Assembly (NCBI GenBank): GCA_964343205.1
Contig: CAYFID010000003.1
Span: 1 to 46,580, forward strand
Reading direction: 5' to 3'
DNA length: 46,580 nucleotides
DNA from: an uncultured Candidatus Poseidoniales archaeon
GTDB lineage: Archaea > Thermoplasmatota > Poseidoniia > Poseidoniales > Thalassarchaeaceae
The notes below the pieces were generated by a model. That model worked only from the letters and a program-made list of their open reading frames with translations, did no database searches and was not told where the DNA came from. Below, one piece after another: positions 18,001-27,345 of this stretch. Made by a program: the position numbers and the translations under genes. The stretch's first letter is position 1. Each line of letters starts with the position of its first letter.

Positions 18001-20348
18001 AACCATCTAGTTGGAGGAAGAAGTCTCTCTCAGATCCTATGGATTGCTTGAGATTAAAACTACTAGACATGCTAGGTTCTGAAGGCCCCAGGACAATAGA
18101 CTCCCTAAGTAGTCGACTCCCATTCCCCTCAGCCCAAGTGGAATCAGTTCTTCAAGAACTTGAGATGAGGAATCTAGTTTCTATCGGGTTCTTCACCAGA
18201 ACTGACGAGGGCGAGTTCATTCTCAGAATAGACGAATATAGGATAACAGGCGGCCAGGTCAACGTAATCGATTATAGAACTCTTCAGACACTAATTCTCA
18301 ATAAGTCATTCTCCAAGTTCGAAGAGCCGGCAGAAGCAATTCGGAACCTTACTCTAGTCCAGAGGAGGGAAGAGCTCCTCCATAGAGTGGATAACTATAG
18401 GTTTCGTGACTGGAAGGACATCAAGCACGATTCCGACATCTACAATGGAAGGCTCCTACACAACCGGGTCGGTTACACATTGGAAGAGCAGTTGCCCATG
18501 TTCATGGGCCTTAGGAGCGAACCTTGGTTCGGTCCATTGGAAGAGGAACTATTGGAGAAAATTCCACAAGAAGGCATTTCACGGACCGATCTATTTTCTG
18601 AATATCCCAGAGGGAAGGAGAATGCCCACATTCAGAGAAGCTTGAAGTCAGCACTCTCAAACCTAGAGAGGCAGCTAACTGTTGCCAAGCAATACGTTGA
18701 CGTCCCCAACCGAAAAAGATCAATGGCAATTTTCAGGAGATTGCACGGAAAGAAAAAGCCCCTGCCTTTCGACCAAGCGCTGTCTGAACTTATTGGTCGA
18801 ATTGGTCCCGTAAGGCTTCACACACTGCGCTTATTTGTTTCTAGGCCAGTAGAAGAGCTGGCAGATTCACTTAGGGAACTGGAAAGGAGGGGTTCAATTT
18901 CCAGAGTGGTTGCCCTCCAGCCAGATCCAACTGACTATTACTCATCTCCAGAGGACGCAGAGAGGCTCCTCTCTCCTCTGCCTGAGGATAGAAAAATGCG
19001 AATCTTATCCCAATCTGACCCTTTCAGCAGCCGCTTCATCCAAGAGGTCCGACTTCTTTTGAAACAAGGCTGGTACTATCCAGTTTTCAAGGGTGTAGAT
19101 CCCATTGGGCGTGTCCTGATGTTTGTAGTGAATGACTATTTGGAAATTAAGGACATTAACATCCCGCACTCTTATTTGGATGATTTCAAGATTACTTTTG
19201 GGGAGTTGCTGGAGAACTATCGGGACCGGCTAGTAGATGTCTCTGTTCTCCATGCTTTCAATGGAGTACCAGTTCACGACTGCGATGAAAATATCCAGAA
19301 AATCCTCTCAGAACTAGGATTCTCGTCAATGGGTGACGGCGAGAGATACATCAGAGGTGGGGTCGTCGAACCAAGATCCAGGAATCAAATCAACAGGATG
19401 CTATTCTTCCACCACTGCTTGCACCAGAACAGCAGGTGGGAGAATGAGACGCTTGCTCTTGAGAATGCTGTCGAATTGAGGGACGACTTCTCATTGCGGG
19501 GCCGTTGCGAGATGTTTCGAGTTAATCTGGACTCGATGGTAGCAGCACACCAGTTACACCAGGGATCCAACCTTAGGGGGCACCTAGTTTGGGCCAGATA
19601 CTCCCACTTCCAAAGGCTCCTATCTATCAAGAACGTACCTACCGAACCAGAGGATGAAGAAATCCTACAATTCTTCCGAGAAAACAATGACCCAGACCTC
19701 TATATGGAGAGGAACGCCATGTCTAGGTCGGAATTCCGTAAGCTCGTCTCCCCATTGGTGCGAAGCGGTCACCTAATTCAGGATTACAGGGGCGGCTTCA
19801 AGACAGTAGAACCGCTCCAAAAGGTAGACTTATGGGGTGTCAAGAGGGACTATCTCAGAGATCTCGTCAAGGACTACCCAGTAATCACGCTAAAACAACT
19901 CGAAAGGCTGGCAGGCTCTTCATTTTCCCCCGAAGAAATTAGTGATGTAATGCACGATTTCGAGGAAGATGGGACCCTAATCAAGGGATTCCTAGTAGAC
20001 GACTTGCAGGACATTTGCTGGGGACGTCTAGATATGCTTGAGGAACTCGGTAAAATTAGTAGGACACGAGATCTCGTAATCCCCCCATCCGACCCACTTA
20101 TTCACTACTTCGGGAGCCTACTTAGGGAGAGATTCGGTTACGGATCGGCATATCTCGTTTTCCACAAGGAGGAGCCAATAGCTGCATTCAAGGCAAATAC
20201 AAGAAATGACAAGATTGAGCTCACAGATTTCGTAGGCGACTCGGAACGAGAAAAGGAAGCTATCAGGGTCATGAAGGAATTTGCATGGGAGCATGACATG
20301 CCGCTATCGGGGAAGCTGTTCAATAGAATCAGGTCCAGAATTGTCTGA
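15051..20348 (+). CDS. lhr: Long-form Lhr SF2 helicase (~1765 aa)
   Basis: SPTGSGKT, PIKALANDI, RTGDT, TTPESL, DEMH, ISAT, HHGS, SSLEMGID, QRIGRAGH, IPSWTGE; about 900-aa winged-helix-rich C-terminal extension. Confidence 0.93.
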   Translation: MPEIKYVSEISDTEEILAGLSAPVRNWFREKFDDFTEPQKVAIPQILAGEHLLLCSPTGSGKTLTAFLSIIDDLVRRSLAGTLTDSVQCIYISPIKALANDIQKNLIGPLSEIKERFLPGRAQEIKVGLRTGDTPQKERERMLRKPPHILITTPESLGLALASKRFRPLLNELKWLIVDEMHSLVPTKRGTHLSLSLALMDSVVESEVQRIGISATMEPLNDVAEFLVASDSREGEAHKQSVSIAKISGSRELDLDIILPSPRFTSIPVKEILDHNIDIIKDLVEAHTTTLVFVNTRNMTETFVQRLKVAGLIGVEGHHGSMDKSIRLDVEQRLKEGRLRCVVSSSSLEMGIDIGSVDFVVQVGSPGSIATALQRIGRAGHHVGGLPRARFLPTSPHDLLEIVALQNGILSGNMDLLKFPENCLDVLAQFLIGLTIIREWDIDEAYELVQASWPYRSLPYDDYIEVLDLLEEERRLWVDWEENRFGKRGYAQMIYYTNIGTISPDNNYLVFTSDGTLVGQLSSSFVSSLRNGDVFLLGGSTYRVSSVRGTRVNVTSATGYRPTIPSWTGEAMSRTSELSGEVLDLLEILAVQYRTGGGITSFLVDVLGLNKPVANALTQFLDEHSATTFQVPSKDRILVEQVEAPLPTYVVTTCRGRAFNLALGYLFAGMAARDDITVHELSFDENGFMAKLSHEIEVSSIPDVFRGSGSEGTLHKYLIESQLFAKRFREVASRSMLNPRRIGAEEVSPKQFQQKAEQIMNRHRKMDDSVIVREAMNEILTTDLDMDQLRHFISRMDSEDVRIVHRRVKIPSPLGLTLFMSSFEDLLSLRTRAYLIKDVDPEILRRLLGARSLATELDEERLSEYYQSKVSAPTNANELLKLMDMGGGLERQLTHPLYSEKLKDIEFETLREWVHELAERGLITKVRGTGLEKIDGKWFSLRMTEVHGTLGCLAVAGAAEMDDLRELYTGGLSYEIGEGFVGGEPSSWRKKSLSDPMDCLRLKLLDMLGSEGPRTIDSLSSRLPFPSAQVESVLQELEMRNLVSIGFFTRTDEGEFILRIDEYRITGGQVNVIDYRTLQTLILNKSFSKFEEPAEAIRNLTLVQRREELLHRVDNYRFRDWKDIKHDSDIYNGRLLHNRVGYTLEEQLPMFMGLRSEPWFGPLEEELLEKIPQEGISRTDLFSEYPRGKENAHIQRSLKSALSNLERQLTVAKQYVDVPNRKRSMAIFRRLHGKKKPLPFDQALSELIGRIGPVRLHTLRLFVSRPVEELADSLRELERRGSISRVVALQPDPTDYYSSPEDAERLLSPLPEDRKMRILSQSDPFSSRFIQEVRLLLKQGWYYPVFKGVDPIGRVLMFVVNDYLEIKDINIPHSYLDDFKITFGELLENYRDRLVDVSVLHAFNGVPVHDCDENIQKILSELGFSSMGDGERYIRGGVVEPRSRNQINRMLFFHHCLHQNSRWENETLALENAVELRDDFSLRGRCEMFRVNLDSMVAAHQLHQGSNLRGHLVWARYSHFQRLLSIKNVPTEPEDEEILQFFRENNDPDLYMERNAMSRSEFRKLVSPLVRSGHLIQDYRGGFKTVEPLQKVDLWGVKRDYLRDLVKDYPVITLKQLERLAGSSFSPEEISDVMHDFEEDGTLIKGFLVDDLQDICWGRLDMLEELGKISRTRDLVIPPSDPLIHYFGSLLRERFGYGSAYLVFHKEEPIAAFKANTRNDKIELTDFVGDSEREKEAIRVMKEFAWEHDMPLSGKLFNRIRSRIV

Positions 20349-21318
20349 GCCCCCGACCAAGAACTCCGGGCGCATCCAATAAGGGCTTCATTACCTTCAT
20401 TACGTGCTTGTGAAGCTCGGGAAGCAGGTCGAAAAGCGCTATTGCCATCAGGAACATCGCCAATAGGCTGGCTATCTTTGCAGCGTAACTATGCGCGAAG
20501 TCAAATATCCCCATCCCCATGAATGCCCAGTTTACATATGTGTCAGTAAGCCAGACGATTCCCGCATTCCTGAAAACGTTGAGGATGTGTATTGTTGGAA
20601 TAGCAATCATCAATGCTCTAGCACGTCTTTTCCAGTGAACTGAACTCAATGCAACTATTGCGCCTATGAATACGGCCATAGACTGCAACGCCGAACACGC
20701 CAGAATGAAAGACACCACGCCCTGTCCTTCGCTATTTTCCATTGGAGCGTAGAACCCCCCTTCACCTAGAGGCTCGCTCAGCACCAATCTGTTCCCGCCC
20801 CATTCCGACACTGGAATGGCTGGTTTTTGGTGCCTCTCTATCATCATTGGTCCGATTTCATATCCACCAATACCTGCAAATTCTAGCATCACGTCAGCAC
20901 TTACCGCGGTAAATTGGACAAATGCCATGTTTAGGTATGGGACTCCAAAAACCAGGTAATATGGTATCATCGACCAAACAACAAAGCCCCTTGCCCACAC
21001 TATAGTATCCACACTGGAGCCGTCGCTCGACCACTCCCAATATGCCATGGTCAGACCAGCAGGCAATGCTCCAGCAGTCATCAGAATTAGGACTGGATCA
21101 GAGATCTCCACGAAGTGGCTAGAATATAGGTAGAAGAAAAGTCCGATTAAGGGCCACCCTAATACTGCACTAATCTTTGCATAGTCATCAGAGTTTCGAT
21201 GAAAACCAATTCCTAGAAGAGCTAGGCCAATTGAACCGATTAGTAGTTGCATTGTAACGTCAGCGATTCCAAATACTTCGGAAAAATCCTCAATCAACGC
21301 CCCAATCGGGTCCTCCAT
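20329..21318 (-). CDS. artA: Archaeosortase A (PGF-CTERM processing)
   Basis: ILACSALQSMAVFIG (catalytic Cys), IHILNVFRN (Arg), multi-TM; likely ATG 21318. Confidence 0.85.
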   Translation of the reverse strand: MEDPIGALIEDFSEVFGIADVTMQLLIGSIGLALLGIGFHRNSDDYAKISAVLGWPLIGLFFYLYSSHFVEISDPVLILMTAGALPAGLTMAYWEWSSDGSSVDTIVWARGFVVWSMIPYYLVFGVPYLNMAFVQFTAVSADVMLEFAGIGGYEIGPMMIERHQKPAIPVSEWGGNRLVLSEPLGEGGFYAPMENSEGQGVVSFILACSALQSMAVFIGAIVALSSVHWKRRARALMIAIPTIHILNVFRNAGIVWLTDTYVNWAFMGMGIFDFAHSYAAKIASLLAMFLMAIALFDLLPELHKHVMKVMKPLLDAPGVLGRGLRQFWT

Positions 21319-21376
21319 AACGTCCTTGCTTTCATCAACCCGTAAATAGGATGCCCCCACCCGAACATACGGAGCC

Positions 21377-21946
21377 ATGGGATTCGACTTCAGAGAATTC
21401 GCCGAGAAATATGTCGAGTCACTAGTGGCTACTCTTGGAGAAATGCCCTATTCGCCACTTGAGGGATTCTGGGCAATGGTTGAGCAAGCCAGGGATGCGG
21501 GCTCCACCGTTCATTTCATTGGAAACGGCGGAAGTGCCGGCACCCCTTCTCACAGTGCTGGCGATTGGTCCAAGGAACTGGGCTTGAAGACTCTGTCACA
21601 CGTCGATAACACACCATCCCTGACCGCATGGGCAAACGACACGGACTATGACAACGTTTTCGTTGGCCAACTCTCAACATTTGCAAATCCCGGAGACTTA
21701 GTGGTGGGATTCAGTGGATCCGGGAATTCAAAAAATGTACTGAACGGAATCTCCTTTGCCAAGAAAATAGGTTGTAACACTGTAGCGGTCACCGGAGACT
21801 ACATGGGACAGGGCGGAGGACATATCGTAGAACTGGCCGATGTCTCAATAGTTGTACCTTCCCAATCAATGGAACGTATCGAGGATCTTCAACTTGTAAT
21901 CAATCATATCCTGAAAGAGGCAATCAAGTCCAATCATGGGCTGTGA
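21377..21946 (+). CDS. gmhA: SIS-domain phosphoheptose isomerase (GmhA-like)
   Basis: GNGGSA, LTAWANDTDY..VF..Q, GDL.VGFSGSGNS.NV, IED. Confidence 0.75.
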   Translation: MGFDFREFAEKYVESLVATLGEMPYSPLEGFWAMVEQARDAGSTVHFIGNGGSAGTPSHSAGDWSKELGLKTLSHVDNTPSLTAWANDTDYDNVFVGQLSTFANPGDLVVGFSGSGNSKNVLNGISFAKKIGCNTVAVTGDYMGQGGGHIVELADVSIVVPSQSMERIEDLQLVINHILKEAIKSNHGL

Positions 21947-22589
21947 CAACATGCTCCCACCCCATAGGCACTGCTCCCCATTAGAAGGACCACTAGTGAT
22001 GGAGGATCTACCATCTATGCACCCTTGGTCTGGAAATATTGCTTACCTAGACAGGGACGGCGTATTGAACAAGTGGTCGGAAAACTACGTCAATTCGCCC
22101 GACGAAGTACAAATGCTACCCGAAGCCGGTAAAGCAATTGGAACCCTCAGGAGATCAGGTTTCAGGATATGTGTGGTGACAAACCAATCGCCAATTGGAC
22201 GCGGTCTTTGGGATCACCAAAGGCTAGAAAAAATTCACAAAACACTTCAGGAACAACTACTAGAAAATGATCCGGATGCCGAATTAGATCTCCTTCTATA
22301 CAGCCCATATGCTCCTTCAGAGCGTTCATGGGCCAGAAAACCAAATCCTGGGATGCTTGAGGCCGGCAGGCAACTTATCGACCATTCTCATCATCAAAAA
22401 GAAGGAAAAATTCAGCTTCTATTCGGTCCAGATTGGGTTGAAAGACCAAATGAGGGGGGATCCATACTCGTCGGAGACCGGTCATCTGATCTTGAGGCTG
22501 CCAACAAATTCGGAGTTAGGGGTTTACGATGTCACCATAACGAAGGAATTGGTAGCGTCCTGAGTCAGATATTAGCGAGCAGGGGATGA
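21936..22589 (+). CDS. gmhB: HAD IIIA phosphatase, heptose-1,7-bisphosphate phosphatase (GmhB-like)
   Basis: LDRDGVLN, VVTNQS.IGRG, RKPNPGML, VGDRSSD; start may be ATG 21951. Confidence 0.75.
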   Translation: MGCDNMLPPHRHCSPLEGPLVMEDLPSMHPWSGNIAYLDRDGVLNKWSENYVNSPDEVQMLPEAGKAIGTLRRSGFRICVVTNQSPIGRGLWDHQRLEKIHKTLQEQLLENDPDAELDLLLYSPYAPSERSWARKPNPGMLEAGRQLIDHSHHQKEGKIQLLFGPDWVERPNEGGSILVGDRSSDLEAANKFGVRGLRCHHNEGIGSVLSQILASRG

Positions 22590-22599
22590 TTCTGTAGAA

Positions 22600-23847
22600 A
22601 TGATGAGGTGCCGATTGGGCTTAGATGATACTGACCACCCGGAGGTTGGATGCACTACTGAGAGTATGAACGATTTACTTGTTAGAATCAGTAGAGAAAT
22701 TAGCTCAACCATTGAAGAAAGAAGGTTGGTCAGGCTTTGGCCATTCGCAGAGAGACGGACTAGAGGTAACGGCGCTCTTGGGGCAATATTGGAATTCCCT
22801 GAGCATGAAAAAGAAAATCTGGAAGCAGTATGTCGCGAATGGTTTTCACAGTTACTTCAACGAATCAAAACATATCCACCATCACCCATCCCTCCCTCCC
22901 CGTGCTTAGTTTTATCATTCGATCCTTTGCCAGAAAAGTGGTATTGGGAGGCAGTCAGGGGTTTCGTTGACTCGTTTTCTAGGTTCGATCAGGCAACCAA
23001 GAACAAATGCATTGTTTTTCATTCAAATTCTACATTTGGAGTAGTTGGTGCCTGTGCAGCTGCTGCTTGGAACCCATCTGTTGAATCTTCATGGGAATTG
23101 ATTTCATGGAGACAAGAGGAATTGGTAGGGACAGATAGGATGGTGGCCCAGAAAGCAGTGTCAGGAATGGAGAATAATCACCCGGAAACCTTCCTCAATC
23201 GGGATCCGACTAAAGACAGGGGAATGATAGCTCCTAGAACACCATGCCCAGTGCTCTACGGGATACGTGGGTTCTCTGAATCTGTAGTTTACAACGCACA
23301 CCAGTGGCTTCAGGCCAGATCCGATGTTGAAGAGTGTGCTTCCTTCGCTTCACACCTCACAAACCAACTCAGTGACGACCACATAGAATCCACAAAACGT
23401 GGTACTGTAACAACTACAGCCACAGAAACACGGGGAGGCCATGCATTCGTGTTCGCGTTTACTGGTATTAGGAGCCTCAAATTAGTCGCCTTTTCAGAGG
23501 GCGGTCCAGTGAATCGTCTTCTGAGGAACTTGAGGCCAGGAGATAGCATTAGCTGGTCGGGACTGACTGCTCCTGATGGATCAGTACACCTCGAGAAGCT
23601 ACGTCTGGATACAAGCTCACCACGTATAGTTGGCAGACCTAGTTGCTGTTCACGGGCCATGAGGAGCGCTGGAAAGGGACAGGACCTCAGATGTCTTACA
23701 TGTGGGAAGACCGAAAAGAAGTACTGGAAAAGCACCGTGGACGACCTCCCCTCCGGCCAACCTACAGGTGTATGGCTTGAACCGACGCCCTCCAACCGCA
23801 GACATCTCTCCAAACCACTGTCCCATGGGAATCCCGGTGGCACGTAA
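22600..23847 (+). CDS. tiaS: tRNA(Ile2)-agmatinylcytidine synthase
   Basis: GLDDTD..GCTT, LVRL.P...TRGNGA, PRTPCPVLYGIRG, TNQ.SDDH, C-terminal Zn ribbon, RRHLSKP. Confidence 0.93.
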   Translation: MMRCRLGLDDTDHPEVGCTTESMNDLLVRISREISSTIEERRLVRLWPFAERRTRGNGALGAILEFPEHEKENLEAVCREWFSQLLQRIKTYPPSPIPPSPCLVLSFDPLPEKWYWEAVRGFVDSFSRFDQATKNKCIVFHSNSTFGVVGACAAAAWNPSVESSWELISWRQEELVGTDRMVAQKAVSGMENNHPETFLNRDPTKDRGMIAPRTPCPVLYGIRGFSESVVYNAHQWLQARSDVEECASFASHLTNQLSDDHIESTKRGTVTTTATETRGGHAFVFAFTGIRSLKLVAFSEGGPVNRLLRNLRPGDSISWSGLTAPDGSVHLEKLRLDTSSPRIVGRPSCCSRAMRSAGKGQDLRCLTCGKTEKKYWKSTVDDLPSGQPTGVWLEPTPSNRRHLSKPLSHGNPGGT

Positions 23848-23868
23848 TACTACTATGGATTTGGGAAT

Positions 23869-24102
23869 ATGAGCAGTTTTACAGAGATACTCGCCACCAC
23901 TATGCTGGTCTCCATTTCTGGATACTTGATATGGACCATTCTCAGAATCAGACAACGTCGACTGAAAATGTCATCCCTGAACGGAAACGAACACATTGGC
24001 GAGGCCAAGGAGCCCGAAATTCTGATGGAACCAAGCCCAGAAGCATTGGACCAGATGGAAGAATTACTTGAGCAGGCAGGACTCAACTATCCTCAAGATT
24101 GA
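23869..24102 (+). CDS. Small single-TM hypothetical protein
   Basis: N-terminal TM helix followed by a basic patch and acidic tail; fills the gap co-directionally. Confidence 0.6.
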   Translation: MSSFTEILATTMLVSISGYLIWTILRIRQRRLKMSSLNGNEHIGEAKEPEILMEPSPEALDQMEELLEQAGLNYPQD

Positions 24103-24142
24103 CTCTCAGTAAGGATAATTTCTCGGACCCCTTGCGATATCC

Positions 24143-24361
24143 ATGACCGCGAAGTCTGGCTCGGTAGAGAGAATACCACGGCGACCCCCACCAGAGTTCA
24201 GAGAGTCCGAAGATTCCGTAATCGGGGCGTTGGTAGAAGACGGGTTCCTGAATGTAGCCTTGGATGACGCCAATCAGTTCGGGCCTCATGCTATGATAAT
24301 CCTATTATTTGCCGTAGCAACGGTGACTGCAGTCGCTTTGCTGTTGGCGACTTTATTCTGA
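24143..24361 (+). CDS. Small protein with C-terminal TM helix
   Basis: 72 aa, hydrophobic C-terminus IILLFAVATVTAVALLLATLF. Confidence 0.6.
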   Translation: MTAKSGSVERIPRRPPPEFRESEDSVIGALVEDGFLNVALDDANQFGPHAMIILLFAVATVTAVALLLATLF

Positions 24362-25705
24362 ACATCTGCTTCTAGCTATGGAGATTGAATTTTCCACAAT
24401 TTCACTAGATGAACCAAGGTGTGAATCGGGGTGAAAGAATTCTGCAAGCTCATCTTTTCCAATTAGATCCATAATAGGCGGCGAGGACAAACATGCGATT
24501 TCTAGATTTACACCCTTTCCGACCGCCTCCATAGAGGCCCTTCGAAGCTCCTCGTGGGCTTGGTCTCTGGCCATCCCGCGATCTACCAACTCCAACATTA
24601 CCTTCTCAGCCATAATTAGGCCCTTTTGATCCGCCATGTTTTGCAACATCCTTTCTCTATCGACAACCAGCTTTGAAAGAACCCTGTCGCACTTGGAAAT
24701 AATGTCATCTAACAGAATCATTGAATGGGATAGGGTGAATCTCTCGCTCGAGGAGTTTGCTAGATCTCTCTCGTGCCAGAGAAGTGCATTCTCATAGGAC
24801 GGTACAATCATCGAACGGACGATTCTAGCAAGTCCACAAGCATTCTCAGCAGTAATGGGATTCTTCTTATGGGCCATAGTGGATGATCCGACCTGCTTTT
24901 CGATATCGAAGGCTTCCGAAACTTCTCCGATTTCCGTCCTCTGAAGATTTCTCACCTCTTGCAGTACCTTCTCAATACTAGTAGCAACGTTCGCCATCCA
25001 GCTAACCCATTCTATGTACCTGTCCCTGCCAACCACTTGGGTGGTAGCCACTGGGACTTCCAGACCTAGATTTCCCAGTACAAGTTCCTGCAACTCTAGG
25101 GCCCTTTCACCCTGAGCCGCACCGGTGCCAACAGCGCCGAGGAACTTCCCTGTAATGCATCGAGATGTAATTTCGTGCAACCTGTCTAGATGTCTTCTAA
25201 ATTCGTCCACCCATACTGCGACCTTTAGTCCGAATGTGATGGGTACCGCTGCTTGTCCGTGTGTTCTACCCAGCATAACAGTCTCCTTCTCTCTTTCAGC
25301 AATTTCACACATCGTGAGAACTAATGTCCGGAGGGAAGCGCCTTGGATGGAAATGCTGTCTTTGATTTGCAATGCTACCGCTGAGTCTACTATGTCATTG
25401 CTAGTTGCTCCTAGATGTACGCACCACCCTGCGTCTCCTGCGGCTTCAGTCATTGCCTTCGTTAGAGCCATGATATCGTGTTTTGTCTCTGCTTCCAACT
25501 CATCTACTCTGTCCGCAGTCACTATTCCCGGGTCTGCTATCTCAGCAATCGCATCATAGTCCTCTGGAGAGACCCTACCCATCTTGCTGTGAGCCCAAAT
25601 AAGCGCCCGTTCCACATCCAGAAGACGAGCATGCCTACCTTCTCTGGACCAAATTTCCTTGGCCACATCTCTTCCGTACCTGTAATCTAACGGTGAGACC
25701 GGCAT
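24353..25705 (-). CDS. purB: Adenylosuccinate lyase
   Basis: SPLDYRYG, HLGATSNDI, GRTHGQ, GSSTMAHKKNPI, WHERDL; likely ATG 25705. Confidence 0.96.
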   Translation of the reverse strand: MPVSPLDYRYGRDVAKEIWSREGRHARLLDVERALIWAHSKMGRVSPEDYDAIAEIADPGIVTADRVDELEAETKHDIMALTKAMTEAAGDAGWCVHLGATSNDIVDSAVALQIKDSISIQGASLRTLVLTMCEIAEREKETVMLGRTHGQAAVPITFGLKVAVWVDEFRRHLDRLHEITSRCITGKFLGAVGTGAAQGERALELQELVLGNLGLEVPVATTQVVGRDRYIEWVSWMANVATSIEKVLQEVRNLQRTEIGEVSEAFDIEKQVGSSTMAHKKNPITAENACGLARIVRSMIVPSYENALLWHERDLANSSSERFTLSHSMILLDDIISKCDRVLSKLVVDRERMLQNMADQKGLIMAEKVMLELVDRGMARDQAHEELRRASMEAVGKGVNLEIACLSSPPIMDLIGKDELAEFFHPDSHLGSSSEIVENSISIARSRCSE

Positions 25706-25743
25706 CAACTTCGAACTGTCCGACAATGGACCCCTGTTTGAGC

Positions 25744-26499
25744 CTAACGATAGCCTTCCAGAGAGCACCAATTCAATTTCAGCATCCCTCTAGAACCGTC
25801 CCAGATTGCATCCCCATCGAAACTTATCTTACCGTTCATGTGAGGTGCGTTTACAACAATTGTCTCGAACTCCCCCCCTTCTCCGTCCAAATTAAACCTG
25901 TATTGATTGGAGAGATCTTCTAGTCTTTCAAGTGAATCTGAATCCAGCTTCATCCCGATCCAACTATCATCCATTCCTTCTGTAGAAACTGAGGTGAAAA
26001 CGACTCCAAAACCATGATCCAACAAGCACCTCATGTGCCGATTCGGACTTTTGTGCCAGAGTGGGTTGAATGATCTAACTCCTATTCTCTCACACATCAT
26101 CTCCACCCTAGTCCTCTGGTAGTCAGAACGTAGAGCTCCGGTAACTATGCCATCAATTTCCAACTTCCGATATTGCAAGGATAATCCCGGGGGCATCACA
26201 AACTGATCAGGCCAAATTTCCTTCAATGCCTCATCAGGATTACTATTACCGCAAATTGCCCCCTCCAAATCGGCGATTTCCAAATCCTCTGAGCCCTTGG
26301 AGGAAACAGGTAACCAAGGGACCCCCATCGCTGATGCTTGCAACCCAGCAACTGCGGTATTATCAAGCTGAAACATCAACGAGTCACCACCAGTCACGCC
26401 TACAGTAACCAGGCAAACTACATCCCACCCCTGAAGTCCAGACCACCATGTAGAATATGATGAGTCCTTACCTCCCGATGCCAGAACCGCTACTCTCAT
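25744..26499 (-). CDS. dph6: Diphthine--ammonia ligase (ATP_bind_4 PP-loop family)
   Basis: SGGKDS, GAL.SDYQR.R, PLW, GEGGEFETIV; likely ATG 26499. Confidence 0.88.
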   Translation of the reverse strand: MRVAVLASGGKDSSYSTWWSGLQGWDVVCLVTVGVTGGDSLMFQLDNTAVAGLQASAMGVPWLPVSSKGSEDLEIADLEGAICGNSNPDEALKEIWPDQFVMPPGLSLQYRKLEIDGIVTGALRSDYQRTRVEMMCERIGVRSFNPLWHKSPNRHMRCLLDHGFGVVFTSVSTEGMDDSWIGMKLDSDSLERLEDLSNQYRFNLDGEGGEFETIVVNAPHMNGKISFDGDAIWDGSRGMLKLNWCSLEGYR

Positions 26500-26596
26500 T
26501 TCCTCCCCTAATCCATTTGCACCACAATGCCACTCTGATTGAGTCTTCCCCCGACCAAGATTGATAAGAGTCCATTCTGGCATCGGTCCGATTACG

Positions 26597-27307
26597 ATGC
26601 AGCCTAGCGGACGAGGGTACGATCACGGGGTCTCAACATTTTCTCCGGATGGAAGGCTTTACCAGGTTGAGTACGCCAGAGAATCAGTAAAGAGGGGGAC
26701 AACCACAGTCGGCCTAGTTTACAAGGGCGGAGTTGTTCTTATCGTCGATAAGAGAGTTCAGAGTAAGCTTGTAATTACTGACTCTATCGAGAAAATGTAC
26801 CAGATAGACAACCACATAGGAATTACCACATCAGGTCTTGTAGCAGATGCCCGACAACTAGTTGATAGGGCCAGGGTCCAGTGTCAAGTCAACCGAATGA
26901 CCTATGGGGCTCAGATCCCCGTCTCGACATTGGTCAAGAAAATGTGTGATTATAAGCAGTCATTTACTCAGTATGGGGGCGCCAGACCATTCGGCACAGC
27001 CCTCCTAATCGCAGGATTCGACGATGAGGGAATTCATCTTTTCGAGACCGATCCGTCGGGAGCATACCAGTCTTACCACGCTGGGGCAATTGGTAGGGGG
27101 AGGTCAACAGCAATTGATCACTTCGAAGAAAAGTGGAAGCCCGGAATGACCCAAAACGCAGCAATTAAACTGGGCCTGGAGGCACTCAAGGAATCGTTGG
27201 AGGACGATCTCAACCGAGATACAGTCGAAATCGCTAGCGTCGACAAGGATGGATATAGGAAGATGGACCATGAATCCACCCTGAAGCACCTCGACAAGAT
27301 GTCGTGA
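26597..27307 (+). CDS. psmA: Proteasome alpha subunit
   Basis: GYD...TFSPDGRLYQVEYA, SGLVADARQL, RPFG, TDPSG. Confidence 0.97.
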   Translation: MQPSGRGYDHGVSTFSPDGRLYQVEYARESVKRGTTTVGLVYKGGVVLIVDKRVQSKLVITDSIEKMYQIDNHIGITTSGLVADARQLVDRARVQCQVNRMTYGAQIPVSTLVKKMCDYKQSFTQYGGARPFGTALLIAGFDDEGIHLFETDPSGAYQSYHAGAIGRGRSTAIDHFEEKWKPGMTQNAAIKLGLEALKESLEDDLNRDTVEIASVDKDGYRKMDHESTLKHLDKMS

Positions 27308-27345
27308 GACCCCACCATCTAAGCCTCACCCCTCTTTGCGAGTGC

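Noticed and set aside
15051-20348. Intein or anti-phage defence explanation for the large helicase
   Set aside because: Helicase motifs are normally spaced, no intein or LAGLIDADG motifs were seen, and the neighbours are housekeeping genes.
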